Origin: an uncultured Lachnospiraceae bacterium
GTDB lineage: Bacteria; Bacillota; Clostridia; Lachnospirales; Lachnospiraceae
Assembly (NCBI GenBank): GCA_947176785.1
Contig: CAMWSA010000001.1
Location: forward strand, 1 to 32,678
DNA: 32,678 nucleotides
Direction: 5' to 3'
Each line of letters starts with the position of its first letter. Position 1 is the first letter of the stretch. Made by a program: the position numbers and the translations under genes. The notes below the pieces were generated by a model, which saw only the letters and a list, made by a program, of their open reading frames with translations, was not told the DNA's origin and searched no databases. Below are positions 32,291 through 32,678 of this stretch, piece after piece.

Positions 32291-32358
32291 ATAGGGATGC
32301 TTGAGTGAGAGTGTCCCTATTTTTTATATAGGGCATTCCATAGTGGGATGCTCTTTTC
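32291..32358 (+). terminator. Two tandem intrinsic terminator-like hairpins
   Basis: ATAGGGATGC/GTGTCCCTAT-TTTTT, then AGGGCATTCCA/TGGGATGCTCT-TTT. Confidence 0.6.
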
Positions 32359-32503
32359 AATTCAATTTAAAAAGGAGCTCCTGTATAATTCAAGTATAGG
32401 GAATTCCAAGAAAGAAGGTTGAGAAAAAAATACCTCAGAGTAAAATAAGATTACTGACTTCGGATGGTTAGTAAAAATCTTATTGAACAGAGAGGTATCT
32501 ATA

Positions 32504-32678
32504 ATGAATTATAACACACAAAACGCAAAAATTGCATCCATAACTGAAAAAACTTTGATTGTTGGAATCGATGTAGGAAGTGAAACCCACTATGCCAGGG
32601 CATTCGACTGGCGCAACTACGAATATTGTTGTTACCCATTTTCCCTGACTTATAATTACTCTGATTGCCTGTCACAGA
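32504..32678 (+). mobile_element. IS110-family transposase, 5' fragment (ORF open to window end; probably interrupted at ~32627)
   Basis: Manual translation MNYNTQNAKIASITEKTLIVGIDVGSETHYARAFDWRNYEY...; IVGIDV...H is the first DEDD RuvC-like motif of IS110 recombinases. RBS AGAGGT. Confidence 0.8.

Overview
This is the replication-origin region of a Clostridia chromosome; gene order and proteins look Lachnospiraceae-like. The left arm (minus strand) is rsmG-mnmG-mnmE-jag-yidC-yidD-rnpA-rpmH. A bipartite oriC flanks dnaA, followed by dnaN-yaaA-recF-gyrB-gyrA. Next come a CPA2 cation/H+ antiporter, an uncharacterised PD-(D/E)xK-like nuclease-wHTH protein, a cobalamin riboswitch controlling a DUF4430 + CbrT-like ECF S-component pair, an OmpR/HK two-component system, mutS2, an HtrA-like PDZ protein lacking its catalytic triad, a decayed ABC-exporter islet, yhaM and rlmD. 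The window ends in AT-rich DNA containing the start of an IS110 transposase. The most striking unexplained structure is intergenic: several families of short palindromic elements with TATA ends. Family A (~104 bp) has six full copies plus remnants and shows compensatory base changes. Family B (~101 bp) has two full copies, one inside the P2 loop of the B12 riboswitch, plus a 30-bp ends-only derivative inside the loop of an A copy. Further elements are chained through shared TA/TATA ends. Two A copies directly bracket the nuclease-like gene. GyrB also carries an ~70-aa non-intein insertion. All alignments were done by eye; no database searches were run.
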